Under the pieces are notes generated by a model. It was not told the DNA's origin. It was given only the letters and a program-made list of their open reading frames with translations, and ran no database searches. Positions 10,090 to 23,926 of a DNA stretch of 64,000 bases are shown piece after piece. Numbering within the stretch: position 1 is the first letter of the stretch; every line of letters starts with the position of its first letter. This DNA is from Candidatus Cloacimonadales bacterium (lineage in GTDB: Bacteria; Cloacimonadota; Cloacimonadia; Cloacimonadales; JAFGVF01), in contig OY762964.1 of NCBI GenBank assembly GCA_963667035.1, forward strand, positions 352,001 through 416,000, read 5' to 3'. A program made the translations under genes and the position numbers.

Positions 10090-11301
10090 ATGCCTACATT
10101 TGACACAGGCTCAACTGGTTTCATGCTTGTTGCAACCAGCCTTGTGATGCTTATGACTCCCGGACTAGCCTTTTTCTACGGTGGTCTTGCATCAAAACGT
10201 AACATTCTCGGAATTATGATTCAGAGTTTCGTATCTCTTGGAATCACAACAATGATGTGGTATTCAATCGGTTATTCCCTTTGCTTTAGTGGCACAGGAC
10301 CAATAATCGGTAATTTAGAACACATCTTCTTAAGAGGAATTGATACTTTCACTCCTTTTGGTGACGGTGCAATACCATTATTACTTTTCATATCATATCA
10401 AATGATGTTTGCGATTATTACACCTGCTCTTATCACAGGTGCCTTTACTGGTCGTGTCTCATTTAAAGCTTACCTAATTTTCCTTGTTTTATGGCAATTA
10501 CTTGTTTATTATCCCTTCGTACACATGATATGGGGTGGCGGTATATTGGCTCAATGGGGCGTAATGGACTTTGCAGGTGGCATAGTTGTTCACGTTACTG
10601 CAGGTTTTGCCGCTCTAGCTTCTGTTTTCTTTGTCGGCTCTCGACTGGATAAAAACTCTAAACCTAATAGCATACCACTTGTTGCAATTGGTACCGGTCT
10701 CTTATGGTTTGGATGGTATGGTTTTAACGCAGGTAGTGAGTTAAGAGTAGATAATATTACTGCTCTTGCTTTCTTAAATACTGACGTTGCCGCTTCTTTT
10801 GCAACCGTAACCTGGTTGATTATTGAATGGAAATTAACAGGTAAACCAAAATTCGTTGGCTTAATGACAGGAGCTGTTGCAGGTTTGGCTACTATCACTC
10901 CGGCAGCTGGTTTCATCCCCGTATGGGCTGCCGCAATAGTTGGTGTAGTTGCAAGTAGTGTTTGTTACATAGCTGTTCATATTAAGAACAAACGCGGTTG
11001 GGATGATGCCTTAGACGTTTGGGGTGTTCATGGAGTCGGTGGATTCATTGGTACCATTATGCTTGGTATTTTTGCTTCTCATTCCATAAATAGTAACATC
11101 ACAGACGGATTAATCAACGGCAACCCCGGTTTCTTACTAAAACAGATAGTAGCAACTGTCGGTGCGGCTATTTATGCATATCTATTTACTTACTTAATGT
11201 TGTGGTTAATTAACAAAATCACTCCGGTTAGAGTCTCAGAAGCTGAAGAAAAAGCCGGTCTCGATAATTCACAACATCAAGAAGAAGCTTATACAGATTA
11301 G
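10090..11301 (+). CDS. amt: Ammonium transporter
   Basis: 'MTPGLAFFYGG', 'DFAGGIVVH', 'WFGWYGFN', 'DDALDVWGVHG'; both conserved His present; GGAGG RBS. Confidence 0.97.
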   Translation: MPTFDTGSTGFMLVATSLVMLMTPGLAFFYGGLASKRNILGIMIQSFVSLGITTMMWYSIGYSLCFSGTGPIIGNLEHIFLRGIDTFTPFGDGAIPLLLFISYQMMFAIITPALITGAFTGRVSFKAYLIFLVLWQLLVYYPFVHMIWGGGILAQWGVMDFAGGIVVHVTAGFAALASVFFVGSRLDKNSKPNSIPLVAIGTGLLWFGWYGFNAGSELRVDNITALAFLNTDVAASFATVTWLIIEWKLTGKPKFVGLMTGAVAGLATITPAAGFIPVWAAAIVGVVASSVCYIAVHIKNKRGWDDALDVWGVHGVGGFIGTIMLGIFASHSINSNITDGLINGNPGFLLKQIVATVGAAIYAYLFTYLMLWLINKITPVRVSEAEEKAGLDNSQHQEEAYTD

Positions 11302-11349
11302 TTTTTTCTGAGTAGGTAAGGGAGTTAACCGACTCAAAACAATTTCACT

Positions 11350-11374
11350 GCACAGCAGGTTTATCCTGCTGTGC
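11350..11374 (+). terminator. Strong hairpin between amt and antiporter gene
   Basis: 10-bp perfect stem GCACAGCAGG/CCTGCTGTGC followed by a pyrimidine tract. Confidence 0.55.
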
Positions 11375-11394
11375 CTATCTCTTTTAGGCTTATT

Positions 11395-13233
11395 ATGAAC
11401 TTACAACACATGAAAATGCAGATATTCGAGCTGGGATTGTTGATTCTGGTTGCTTATGTTTGTGGTCTGCTAGCTAAGAAAATCAAAGTTGGTGCTGTAA
11501 TAGGACAAATATTCGGCGGCATACTTGTAGGACCTCATTTCTTGGAGCTACTACATAAGTTTTTTATTAATCACCAACAATGGTCTCATCTTGCATTCTT
11601 TAAACCTATATATTTCTTTTACCGAAACGGTTTCTCCGAATACAGCGAAATACTGGAAAGTTATCACTTTTTCGTGTTTCTTTTCTTGGGGCTCATAGCA
11701 TTCTCAATTGGAGAGGAACTTCATAGAGACAGGCTAAAACAGGTTGGTTTTAAAGCATTCATTATCTGCATGATACAAGGCTTTCTAACCTTCTTCCTTA
11801 TTGCCTTCGGATTTAGATTCCTCTTCGGATTCCCTTGGATTGTTTCTTTAATCATAGGATCAATAGGTATTGCAACAGCACCTGCCTTGACTTTTATTTT
11901 AATGTCAAAGCTGAAGATAACTGGAAGGTTAAAGCAACTTCTTGCGAATATTGTCGTTCTGGATGATATTTTAGAAGTGGTAATGTTTTCTATATTTCTA
12001 AGTATCGCAATGGCACAGCAGACTTCTCACGATATTTCCGGATTTCATATAATGAAGGAAGTTATACTTGAGCTAGTACTTGCCATAGGAATCGGTACTG
12101 TTATCTTCTTGATTCTTAAACTCACCATAAGAGAAAGAAGCAAGGATAACGAAGAAGTAGATGAAGAAGGTTCTTTTCTATCTACGGTTCTATCACAACA
12201 TCCAACCCCATCGGTTGAGATTCTCCTGATAGTACTTGCAATTGTTGCAATCGGTATTTCAGTGGCGATTCATTTCAATTTACCATTCCTTATCACTGCC
12301 GTGACTGCCGGTTTCCTTATCTCAAATCTTCACAATAATGCTATCTTTGATTCTTTGAAGATTGAAAATGTGATGCCTATCATGAATCTGTTGTTCTTTG
12401 CAATAATCGGAGCTAGTGTAAGACTAGAAAGTTTCTCGAAAGAGACAATTCTCTATGTTGCAGGATACATTGTATTCAGGTCAGCAGGTAAACTTATCGG
12501 TAACTGGAGTGGTGCTAGAATGACCGGACAAGATCCGAAGATTACCGCTGCTTTACCAAAACTAATGTTGCCTCAAGCCGGTATGGCTGCTGTTGAAACA
12601 ATACTCGTAGCTTCTGTACTTAAAGTTAACGGAGAGATTATATTTAATACCATTATCCCTGCATTAGTCGTATTCGAATTAGGTGGGGCCTATCTTTCTG
12701 AGAAAACACTAATCAAGTGGAAGAATGTTTCATTGGGAGAAAAAGAAGCTTTGAAACAAGCCGTAACAGATAAAAATCCAAATAGTTTATCATCCTTAAT
12801 CGGAGATAGAGTTATCCGAATGATGGCAAATACAAAACAAGAAGCTCTTTTTGAACTTGCACAAGTATTTGTACGCAAAGGTATCATTATGGAAACAGCC
12901 GACGTAACTCCTGCTCTACTCCAAAGAGAAAAACTCTCAAGTACTGCTATAGGGCGTGGAGTTGCAATCCCGCATTGTAGAATACCTCACATCGAGCAGA
13001 CTATGATTGTTTGTGGAATTTCTACAAATGGTATAGACTGGAAATGTCCTGACGGTCAGGATGTAAACGTTATGTTTCTCATTCTTACTCCGGAGACAAA
13101 GCCTCAGGAGCATCTCAAAGCTCTTTCTCTTATAGCATCTGTTGCAAAGAGAAACAACTTTGTTAAGGAACTTACGGAAGCCGTTACTACTAAGAATGAA
13201 CAAAAATGGCGTGAGATAATGACAATCTCGTAA
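11395..13233 (+). CDS. Cation:proton antiporter fused to C-terminal PTS EIIA (Ntr/fructose-type) domain
   Basis: Many TM helices with 'ATAPA' and 'LDD' CPA motifs; C-terminal 'REKLSSTAIGRGVAIPHCR' EIIA phospho-His motif. Start uncertain (11395/11410/11416). Confidence 0.88.
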   Translation: MNLQHMKMQIFELGLLILVAYVCGLLAKKIKVGAVIGQIFGGILVGPHFLELLHKFFINHQQWSHLAFFKPIYFFYRNGFSEYSEILESYHFFVFLFLGLIAFSIGEELHRDRLKQVGFKAFIICMIQGFLTFFLIAFGFRFLFGFPWIVSLIIGSIGIATAPALTFILMSKLKITGRLKQLLANIVVLDDILEVVMFSIFLSIAMAQQTSHDISGFHIMKEVILELVLAIGIGTVIFLILKLTIRERSKDNEEVDEEGSFLSTVLSQHPTPSVEILLIVLAIVAIGISVAIHFNLPFLITAVTAGFLISNLHNNAIFDSLKIENVMPIMNLLFFAIIGASVRLESFSKETILYVAGYIVFRSAGKLIGNWSGARMTGQDPKITAALPKLMLPQAGMAAVETILVASVLKVNGEIIFNTIIPALVVFELGGAYLSEKTLIKWKNVSLGEKEALKQAVTDKNPNSLSSLIGDRVIRMMANTKQEALFELAQVFVRKGIIMETADVTPALLQREKLSSTAIGRGVAIPHCRIPHIEQTMIVCGISTNGIDWKCPDGQDVNVMFLILTPETKPQEHLKALSLIASVAKRNNFVKELTEAVTTKNEQKWREIMTIS

Positions 13234-13250
13234 TTTAGAATTATACAAAT

Positions 13251-13284
13251 ATAGGGAGTTTCATAAACAGAAACTCCCTATTTT
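13251..13284 (+). terminator. Intrinsic terminator
   Basis: ATAGGGAGTTTC...GAAACTCCCTAT followed by T-run. Confidence 0.75.
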
Positions 13285-13536
13285 ATTATACTGACATATT
13301 CCTACAATATCTTGAAGAGTATTTATTATTCATAAATCCATGGTAAAGCTCATTCCTACTTCGGATTGTAAAGTCCTGATGCAGGTAGACACTTTTTATC
13401 ATGGATAACTTTCTTAACTTACCCACATTTCATACCACGACTATTGGAGCTTGAATGAGGAGCTCCATTAGCCGTGTATTGTGGATAAGTTCTCTAAAGA
13501 ACGAAAGTTGTCCACAATATGGTTTTACTTGCATGA

Positions 13537-14361
13537 CTAAGATGCAAGTGCATTATTATAAAATTCATTAGGTGTTTTAAGCTTTAGTGCACAATGCAAG
13601 CGTTTATTGTTGTAAAGATAAACTGCATCGGCGACTACTTTCCTAGCTTGTTCTATATCTCTGAATTTATCTCTCAAATAAAACTCATACTTTATAGTCC
13701 TATTGATTCTCTCGGCTATTGCATTGTCGTAGCATTTGTTAGGACCGGTCATGCTTATATCTACTCCACACTCTTGCAATCGATTAGTATAGATTCCTGA
13801 AGTGTATTGAGAACCTTTATCAGAGTGGTGTATCAAGCCGGGTGCAGGCTTGATACTCTTATAAGCTTTATTGAAGGTTGCAAGTGTACTTTCTGCCGTC
13901 ATGTCTTTCTGTACTGTAAAACCCACAATCTTACGACTGTAATAGTCTGTCATTATTGATAGATAGCAATGCTTGCCATTTACTAACTGCAAATAGGTTA
14001 TATCTGTTACCCAAACCTGATTAGGTCGAGTTACTGTCAGATTCTCTAATAAATTTGGATATACTTGATGATCCGGGTCAGAGACAGATGTATATACCTT
14101 ACGAGGTTTATGTTTAAACAACAAACCTTGAGCTCTGAGTGTATCAAAAAGTTTATCGCGTCCAACTGTGATTGGAACTCCATATTCAGGATCAAGAAGA
14201 TGCTCCTGCAATTTACGACCTCCGGTCTCCGGAATTTCTGAACGTATAACCATAACTTTAGAGATTACCTTTTCTTCAAAATCTATCTTTTGCTCTAAGG
14301 CTTTCTTCTCTTTGTAATAGCTTTTTCGGCTGCATCCAAGTGTACCGTCCTTCCTATGCAA
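13537..14361 (-). CDS. IS3-family transposase OrfB (DDE integrase core)
   Basis: 'PNQVWVTDITY', 'HHSDKGSQY', 'DNAIAERINRTIK'. Confidence 0.92.
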   Translation of the reverse strand: MHRKDGTLGCSRKSYYKEKKALEQKIDFEEKVISKVMVIRSEIPETGGRKLQEHLLDPEYGVPITVGRDKLFDTLRAQGLLFKHKPRKVYTSVSDPDHQVYPNLLENLTVTRPNQVWVTDITYLQLVNGKHCYLSIMTDYYSRKIVGFTVQKDMTAESTLATFNKAYKSIKPAPGLIHHSDKGSQYTSGIYTNRLQECGVDISMTGPNKCYDNAIAERINRTIKYEFYLRDKFRDIEQARKVVADAVYLYNNKRLHCALKLKTPNEFYNNALAS

Positions 14362-14522
14362 TCATTTATTCCGTATTCATTAATCCAACGTTTCAAAGTA
14401 GAGGAGCCACCTATGTTGTAAATAGTTCTTGCTTGGGAGATAGTTAGGACTCCATCTTCAATTTCTTTAACTACTTTGCATTTAAATACTTCACTATAAC
14501 ATAATGCTGTTTTCTGTTTCAT
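14295..14522 (-). pseudogene. IS3 OrfA, truncated (HTH only)
   Basis: 'YSEVFKCKVVKEIEDG...TLKRWINEYG' HTH, then runs into OrfB sequence with no coiled-coil segment. Confidence 0.65.
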
Positions 14523-14598
14523 TTTCTGTAAACCTTTAATTTCTCTCAGTTATATATGTGTCTACTTTATTTAGGACGATGTAATCTATCCTTTTGCA

Positions 14599-14728
14599 CG
14601 TCCACCAACCGGGGGTTTCTCTCGGGTTAGTCTCCCGTTGCTCTCCCGTTGGTCTCCCGTTGCGAGCAACGGGAGAGAAACGAGATAGAAATGAGAGAGA
14701 ATCTTGAAAGAAATCCGTAGTTGGACGG
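14599..14728. repeat. 11-nt-phased inverted-repeat element (CTCCCGTTG core)
   Basis: CTCCCGTTG at 14632, 14643, 14654; inverse CAACGGGAG at 14667 with degenerate copies at 14678, 14689. Confidence 0.8.
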
Positions 14729-15101
14729 ATTACTAAAGGAGTGAAAAAAGAACAAAGCAGATTGATAATTATGACAAATTACGAATAGGAATTGATTAAG
14801 ATTGAGAATGGAATTTAATCCTATTATTAAAGCGTTATATCATGTATTAGATATTAAGTAAATACTATATATAAAAGCACTTTTCTCGAGGCACAAAATT
14901 CTTTGTTAAAGAGCTAAACCTGAGGGCATGAGAGAAAATGAAGAAAAAATGAGAAAAACAGAAAATGAAAGCTAAAATGGGGTTAAGAAAGAGCTATAAA
15001 AGTGTTAAAGATAAAAATAAAATCAGTTACATAACTCAATGCTAAAAAGAAAGTAAATATAAATGTGTGTCCACATACGAATAAAAAAGATGCTTTTTTT
15101 A

Positions 15102-15192
15102 TTGACTCTAAAAGGGGTCTCATTAGGTTGTCGAAACACTTGTGAAACGGATGCGGAAACGCGGAAGTTAGACAGGTTGATCTTTAAGAAGT
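15102..15192 (+). promoter_or_regulatory. Putative rRNA promoter and boxA-like antitermination site
   Basis: TTGACT at 15102 after a T-run, TAGGTT downstream; TGATCTTTAAGAA near 15178 resembles boxA. Confidence 0.5.
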
Positions 15193-15233
15193 CAGAAATA
15201 GTGAGTGAATAATAAGCCAACAAGTCAATTATG

Positions 15234-16779
<1,546 letters not shown>

Positions 16780-16928
16780 TAAAGGTGTATAAAGCGATGA
16801 ATCTTTTAATCAGATTCCATTGCAATAATTAAAAATGTTCGGTAAGTTGTTCACTCACTTTTATAAATTTTAAAGTTTTTAGATCTAACAAAGTGAAATA
16901 CGTGGGATAGAGTGTATAGAGGATATTC

Positions 16929-19802
<2,874 letters not shown>

Positions 19803-19854
19803 GAAACTTTATATACTCTATCCCAGCAAATATAGTCGCAAAGCAGCGGCTGAA

Positions 19855-19971
19855 GATGGTGGCAATTGCGGTGATGATACACCTGTACCCATTCCGAACA
19901 CAGCAGTTAAGCTCACCAGCGTCGATGGTACTGCATTGGCAACGATGTGGGAGAGTAGATCGCCGCCATCT
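19855..19971 (+). rRNA. rrf: 5S rRNA
   Basis: CACCTGTACCCATTCCGAACACAGCAGTTAAG and GGGAGAGTAGATCGCCGCC motifs. Confidence 0.97.
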
Positions 19972-20024
19972 TCAGCCGCTGTTGACTTTTAAAGACAAAG
20001 TCAGTGACATTTATTTTTATAATT

Positions 20025-20052
20025 AAAAAGGGAACCGAAAAGGTTCCCTTTT
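20025..20052. terminator. Bidirectional terminator (rrn / ovoA)
   Basis: AAAAAGGGAACC-GAAAA-GGTTCCCTTTT. Confidence 0.85.
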
Positions 20053-20070
20053 ATACTTTTGTTAATAAAT

Positions 20071-22176
20071 CTACTTCTTCTTCCAGATTGTTACATTTGA
20101 GATTCTATAATCAAACTTTCTCGAATTTAATCTGATTGCATAGGGTATGTTGGCAGGTTCTTCTACTAGATCGAAGTTCTTTGAAAACAACTCTTTTATA
20201 TTATCAAGATAATAAACCGGCTCACCGTCTCTACGGAATCCACCCGGCCAATTATGTGAAGAGGCAACTTTCACATCCCAATCTGCAGTTGTAGCGAGTA
20301 CTAGATAACCTCCCGGATTAACTCGATTATGTATCTCCTCAATAAATGAAAGAGGATTATACATAGTTTCTAATGCATTCTCAACAATAATAACATCATA
20401 TTCTTTAAACTTAGCCATTAGATTTGAACCGTCAGCCTGATAGAAATCAATGTTTTCTCTTAGATTGTTCAGCCCTAAATCTTTAAGATTTATCTCTGCA
20501 AATGAATATATATCACCTTCCTCTTTTACCAGATACTTAACAATACCATTCTTTTTAAGATTTACACCTATTTTGAGCATTCTGGCAGAGAAATCAACTC
20601 CGGTTACATATTTAAAACAATTAGCAAGTTCAAAGGTTGTACGTCCTGTTCTACATCCCAGATTAAGAGCTTTACGCGAATTGCAAGCCGGAATAGAGTT
20701 GATAATAAGCTCAGCTAACTGCTTTGAATAGTTCCCCAGTTCAAGATAATCCGGTCCATAACCAAAATCACACCCGGTAATGACCTCAGGATCATCTTCA
20801 TAAACAGATCCATGAATAGCAGGTTGTTCTTCCGATTCAACGTATCTAAATCCGGCATGTTGATAGAAATGTCGTCTAAAAGCATATCTTGAATCTTTAA
20901 GAGCTTCATTACCTGTGGAAATCCAAGAGCCTCCTTTAATCATATTGTGGAGATTATCAAAGGTTGGAGTTGAGAAATCATCATAAGCAGGATGGACTTT
21001 GAATCCGTCAAATCCATAGATTGGAGTTTCGGTCCATTGCCATACATTACCAATAACGTCAAAGAATCCGTTGTTTTCAAACTTATTTACCGGACATGGA
21101 GAACAGTAGTGTTCCAGATTAATGTTGCCGGGAGCTGTTTCCCATTTTGGCTGATCCACTAGATCAATACTGTTATAGAGAGTGTACCATTCTTCTTCTG
21201 TAGGTAATCTAAGTTTCTTACCACTCTTTTCCGATTTCCAATTTGTGAAGGCTTTTGCTTCCAGATAATTACACTCAACAGGCCAATCCCATGGCATCGA
21301 TATTTCTTTGAATACCAGTCTTAGCTTCAAATCTCCTTCCGGATTACGTTTCCAGAATCTTGGCATAGCACACTTCTCATATTGTACCCATGCCCAACCT
21401 TCATCTGTCCACCATTTTTGGTTGTTATAACCGTCAGAATCAATAAATTCTTTGAACTCAGCATTGGAAACAAGATATTTAGAAGCCTTAAAGTCCTTTA
21501 CTTTATGAGTTTTCTTACCATACTCGTTGTCCCATCCGTAGTATTCTGCATCCAATGGCTTTCCAAGCGTAATCTCACATCCATTAACGGGAAGTAGCTC
21601 ATTCATAGGTGGTTTATTGCTCTCGTGGCAAACATCCCAGAAAACATTGTCGTTAAGAACTTCCAGTGGAAGTTGTCTAATTAGTACGGATGAAGTTTCT
21701 AAATGAATCCTTGAGTGTTCAATACCCATCATGATAATCCAAAAAGGATTTTCCCAGTTGATAGGCATTGCTAATGGAAGTGTCTTAATCAGTTCTTCGA
21801 CTAATGTCTTAACCTTTGCTCTATAGGCTATAGTATTTTCCAGTGTTGGCCATTCAAAGTGAGACTCATTCAAATCATCCCATGACATCTCATCAACACC
21901 AATTGCAAACATTGATTCATATTTAGGATTCACTCGAGTCTCAATTACTTTCGAGATGATTAGTTTATTAATATAGAAAGATGCAGTATGTCCAAAATAA
22001 AATATCAGCGGATGCCTTAATGGATCTGCACGCATATAGAAAGCTTCTGGTTTTAATCCGGCTAAGAGCTTTTCTTCAATAGCCCACGATGCTCTAAAAT
22101 AATCTAATATCTCCTGTCTCTTCATCTCGGGAAAACCATTCTTGAGATTAATCGTTTTAGTTATTTTGTAGTCCAT
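20071..22176 (-). CDS. ovoA: 5-histidylcysteine sulfoxide synthase OvoA (DinB_2 + FGE-sulfatase + methyltransferase)
   Basis: 'LRHPLIFYFGHTA', 'GVDEMSWDD', 'EHSRIHLETSSVLIRQL', 'RYAFRRHFYQHAGFRY', C-terminal SAM MTase 'LGCRTGR'. Confidence 0.93.
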   Translation of the reverse strand: MDYKITKTINLKNGFPEMKRQEILDYFRASWAIEEKLLAGLKPEAFYMRADPLRHPLIFYFGHTASFYINKLIISKVIETRVNPKYESMFAIGVDEMSWDDLNESHFEWPTLENTIAYRAKVKTLVEELIKTLPLAMPINWENPFWIIMMGIEHSRIHLETSSVLIRQLPLEVLNDNVFWDVCHESNKPPMNELLPVNGCEITLGKPLDAEYYGWDNEYGKKTHKVKDFKASKYLVSNAEFKEFIDSDGYNNQKWWTDEGWAWVQYEKCAMPRFWKRNPEGDLKLRLVFKEISMPWDWPVECNYLEAKAFTNWKSEKSGKKLRLPTEEEWYTLYNSIDLVDQPKWETAPGNINLEHYCSPCPVNKFENNGFFDVIGNVWQWTETPIYGFDGFKVHPAYDDFSTPTFDNLHNMIKGGSWISTGNEALKDSRYAFRRHFYQHAGFRYVESEEQPAIHGSVYEDDPEVITGCDFGYGPDYLELGNYSKQLAELIINSIPACNSRKALNLGCRTGRTTFELANCFKYVTGVDFSARMLKIGVNLKKNGIVKYLVKEEGDIYSFAEINLKDLGLNNLRENIDFYQADGSNLMAKFKEYDVIIVENALETMYNPLSFIEEIHNRVNPGGYLVLATTADWDVKVASSHNWPGGFRRDGEPVYYLDNIKELFSKNFDLVEEPANIPYAIRLNSRKFDYRISNVTIWKKK

Positions 22177-22458
22177 ATAGGCCTCGCTTGTGTTTCTTAG
22201 TTACTATAATTTAAATCCAACTTCGTAAGATGTCAAAAGAAATATTAAAAATAAGTCTATGAATGCAATTAAAGTTGATAATATGATTATAAGAACGATT
22301 AAGACTCAGTAAGTTCTATGGTGCCCTATTAGCACTTATCTCGTAGAAAGCTACGGGAGACTACGCGTTGGCAACGGGTGAGAATGCCAGATTAGTAAGT
22401 GATTTGAAAATTGGATTAGTATTTATACATAGAAAAGCTATAGTAATCTACTATAAAT

Positions 22459-22485
22459 AAAAAAAGCCTGCCGAAATGGCAGGCT
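22459..22485 (-). terminator. Intrinsic terminator after decarboxylase
   Basis: AGCCTGCC/GGCAGGCT stem preceded by A-run (T-tail on minus). Confidence 0.8.
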
Positions 22486-22497
22486 AAATATTATATA

Positions 22498-23658
22498 CTA
22501 TTGAAATATATAAGTTTTCAACGGTGGGAATCCATTGAATTCAATAGCACTATAGCTAGTTGTGTAAGCACCAGTCGTTAACCAATAAAGTTTGTCTCCG
22601 GTAGCCAAAGATAGAGGAAGCGGGTACATTGTATTCTCATACATAATGTCTTGAGAATCACAAGTAGGACCGGCGAGTATAACATCCTCCAAAACTCCGG
22701 TACGTTCTGTATATATAGGAAACTTAATTGATTCTTCAATAGTCTCAATCAATCCCGAGAACTTACCGACATCGGTATAGACCCATCTGTTAAGGGCTGT
22801 TCTTGATTTTCTGGAGACAAGAACAACTTCACTAACAAGAATGCCAGCATCAGCGACAAGAGAACGACCCGGTTCCAGAATAATCTGAGGCATATCATCA
22901 CCAAAATCTTCCTCAATATAACGCAGAATTTCTTCAGCATATACAGTTAACTCGTTAGTTTTGTTAACATAATTTGCAGGAAATCCCCCACCCATATTAA
23001 TCATTCTAAGTTTAATATCTTCATTCTCTTTTAAGAGGTCAAATATATACTTAACTTTTGCAAGTGCACCGTCCCAAGTTCCGATCTCTCTCTGTTGCGA
23101 ACCTACGTGGAAAGACATCCCATAAGGATCAAGTCCAAGTTTCTGAGCCAAAACAGCAAGATCATACACCAGGTCAGGCTGACAACCGAATTTACGGGAT
23201 AAACCCCAATCAGCTGTAGACGTGTTTTCTAATAAAACTCTGAAAAAGACCTTAGAACCCGGAGCTGCGAACGCAATATTACGAAGATCGGATTCACTGT
23301 CTGTCACAAAAAGTCTGACTCCTTTGTCATAGAAATACTTAATATGGTCTGCCTTTTTAATTGTATTTCCATAGCTAATTCTGTCAGGAGAAACACCAAG
23401 ACTAAGAACTTTATCAAGCTCAAAGATGGATGCGATATCAAAATTAGAGCCCAAGTCTTTGAGCAAACTAATAACTTCAACCGCAGGATTTGCTTTTACA
23501 GCATAATAAATCATTGCATGTGGAAAAAGATCAATCATCTGCTGGAATTTATCTCTGATAATATTCAGATTAACCAGCAGAAAAGGTGTCTCTTTACCTT
23601 TTGCATGATCCATAAAAAGCTTCCATTCCTGTTCGGAGTAATAAGCTTCTTTCATCAT
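22498..23658 (-). CDS. Fold-type III PLP-dependent ornithine/lysine decarboxylase
   Basis: 'YYAVKANP', 'FHVGSQ', 'GGGFP', 'EPGR', 'GPTCDS', 'GAYT...FNGF'. Confidence 0.92.
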   Translation of the reverse strand: MMKEAYYSEQEWKLFMDHAKGKETPFLLVNLNIIRDKFQQMIDLFPHAMIYYAVKANPAVEVISLLKDLGSNFDIASIFELDKVLSLGVSPDRISYGNTIKKADHIKYFYDKGVRLFVTDSESDLRNIAFAAPGSKVFFRVLLENTSTADWGLSRKFGCQPDLVYDLAVLAQKLGLDPYGMSFHVGSQQREIGTWDGALAKVKYIFDLLKENEDIKLRMINMGGGFPANYVNKTNELTVYAEEILRYIEEDFGDDMPQIILEPGRSLVADAGILVSEVVLVSRKSRTALNRWVYTDVGKFSGLIETIEESIKFPIYTERTGVLEDVILAGPTCDSQDIMYENTMYPLPLSLATGDKLYWLTTGAYTTSYSAIEFNGFPPLKTYIFQ

Positions 23659-23874
23659 TCCTCCTTTATGTAATCAGAATTTTGAACAAGACACAATACA
23701 AGTTCAATAAAATTCAGAAAAGTATCACATGAAAAATTTTGAAAAGCATATAGTGTCAATGATTATTTTTGATAAATTGCTAACTGTCTATGAGATATGA
23801 TTATAAGCCTCAAAATAGGTCGCTAAAGATTGTAATAAATGTTCAAACTAATCAAATGGGGGAATTGTCGACTA

Positions 23875-23906
23875 ATAAAAAGAGCTGTTCACAATGAACA
23901 GCCCTT
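23875..23906 (-). terminator. Intrinsic terminator after kamE
   Basis: GCTGTTCA/TGAACAGC stem with A-run on its left. Confidence 0.7.
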
Positions 23907-23926
23907 ATATATTAAAAAAGTGAATA

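Larger units (their letters stand above)
13367..14583 (-). mobile_element. IS3-family insertion sequence, probably internally deleted
   Basis: Imperfect 26-bp terminal IRs (TGTAAAGTCCTGATGCAGGTAGACAC at 13367; GTGTCTACTTTATTTAGGACGATGTA ending 14583) enclosing orfA and orfB. Confidence 0.85.
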
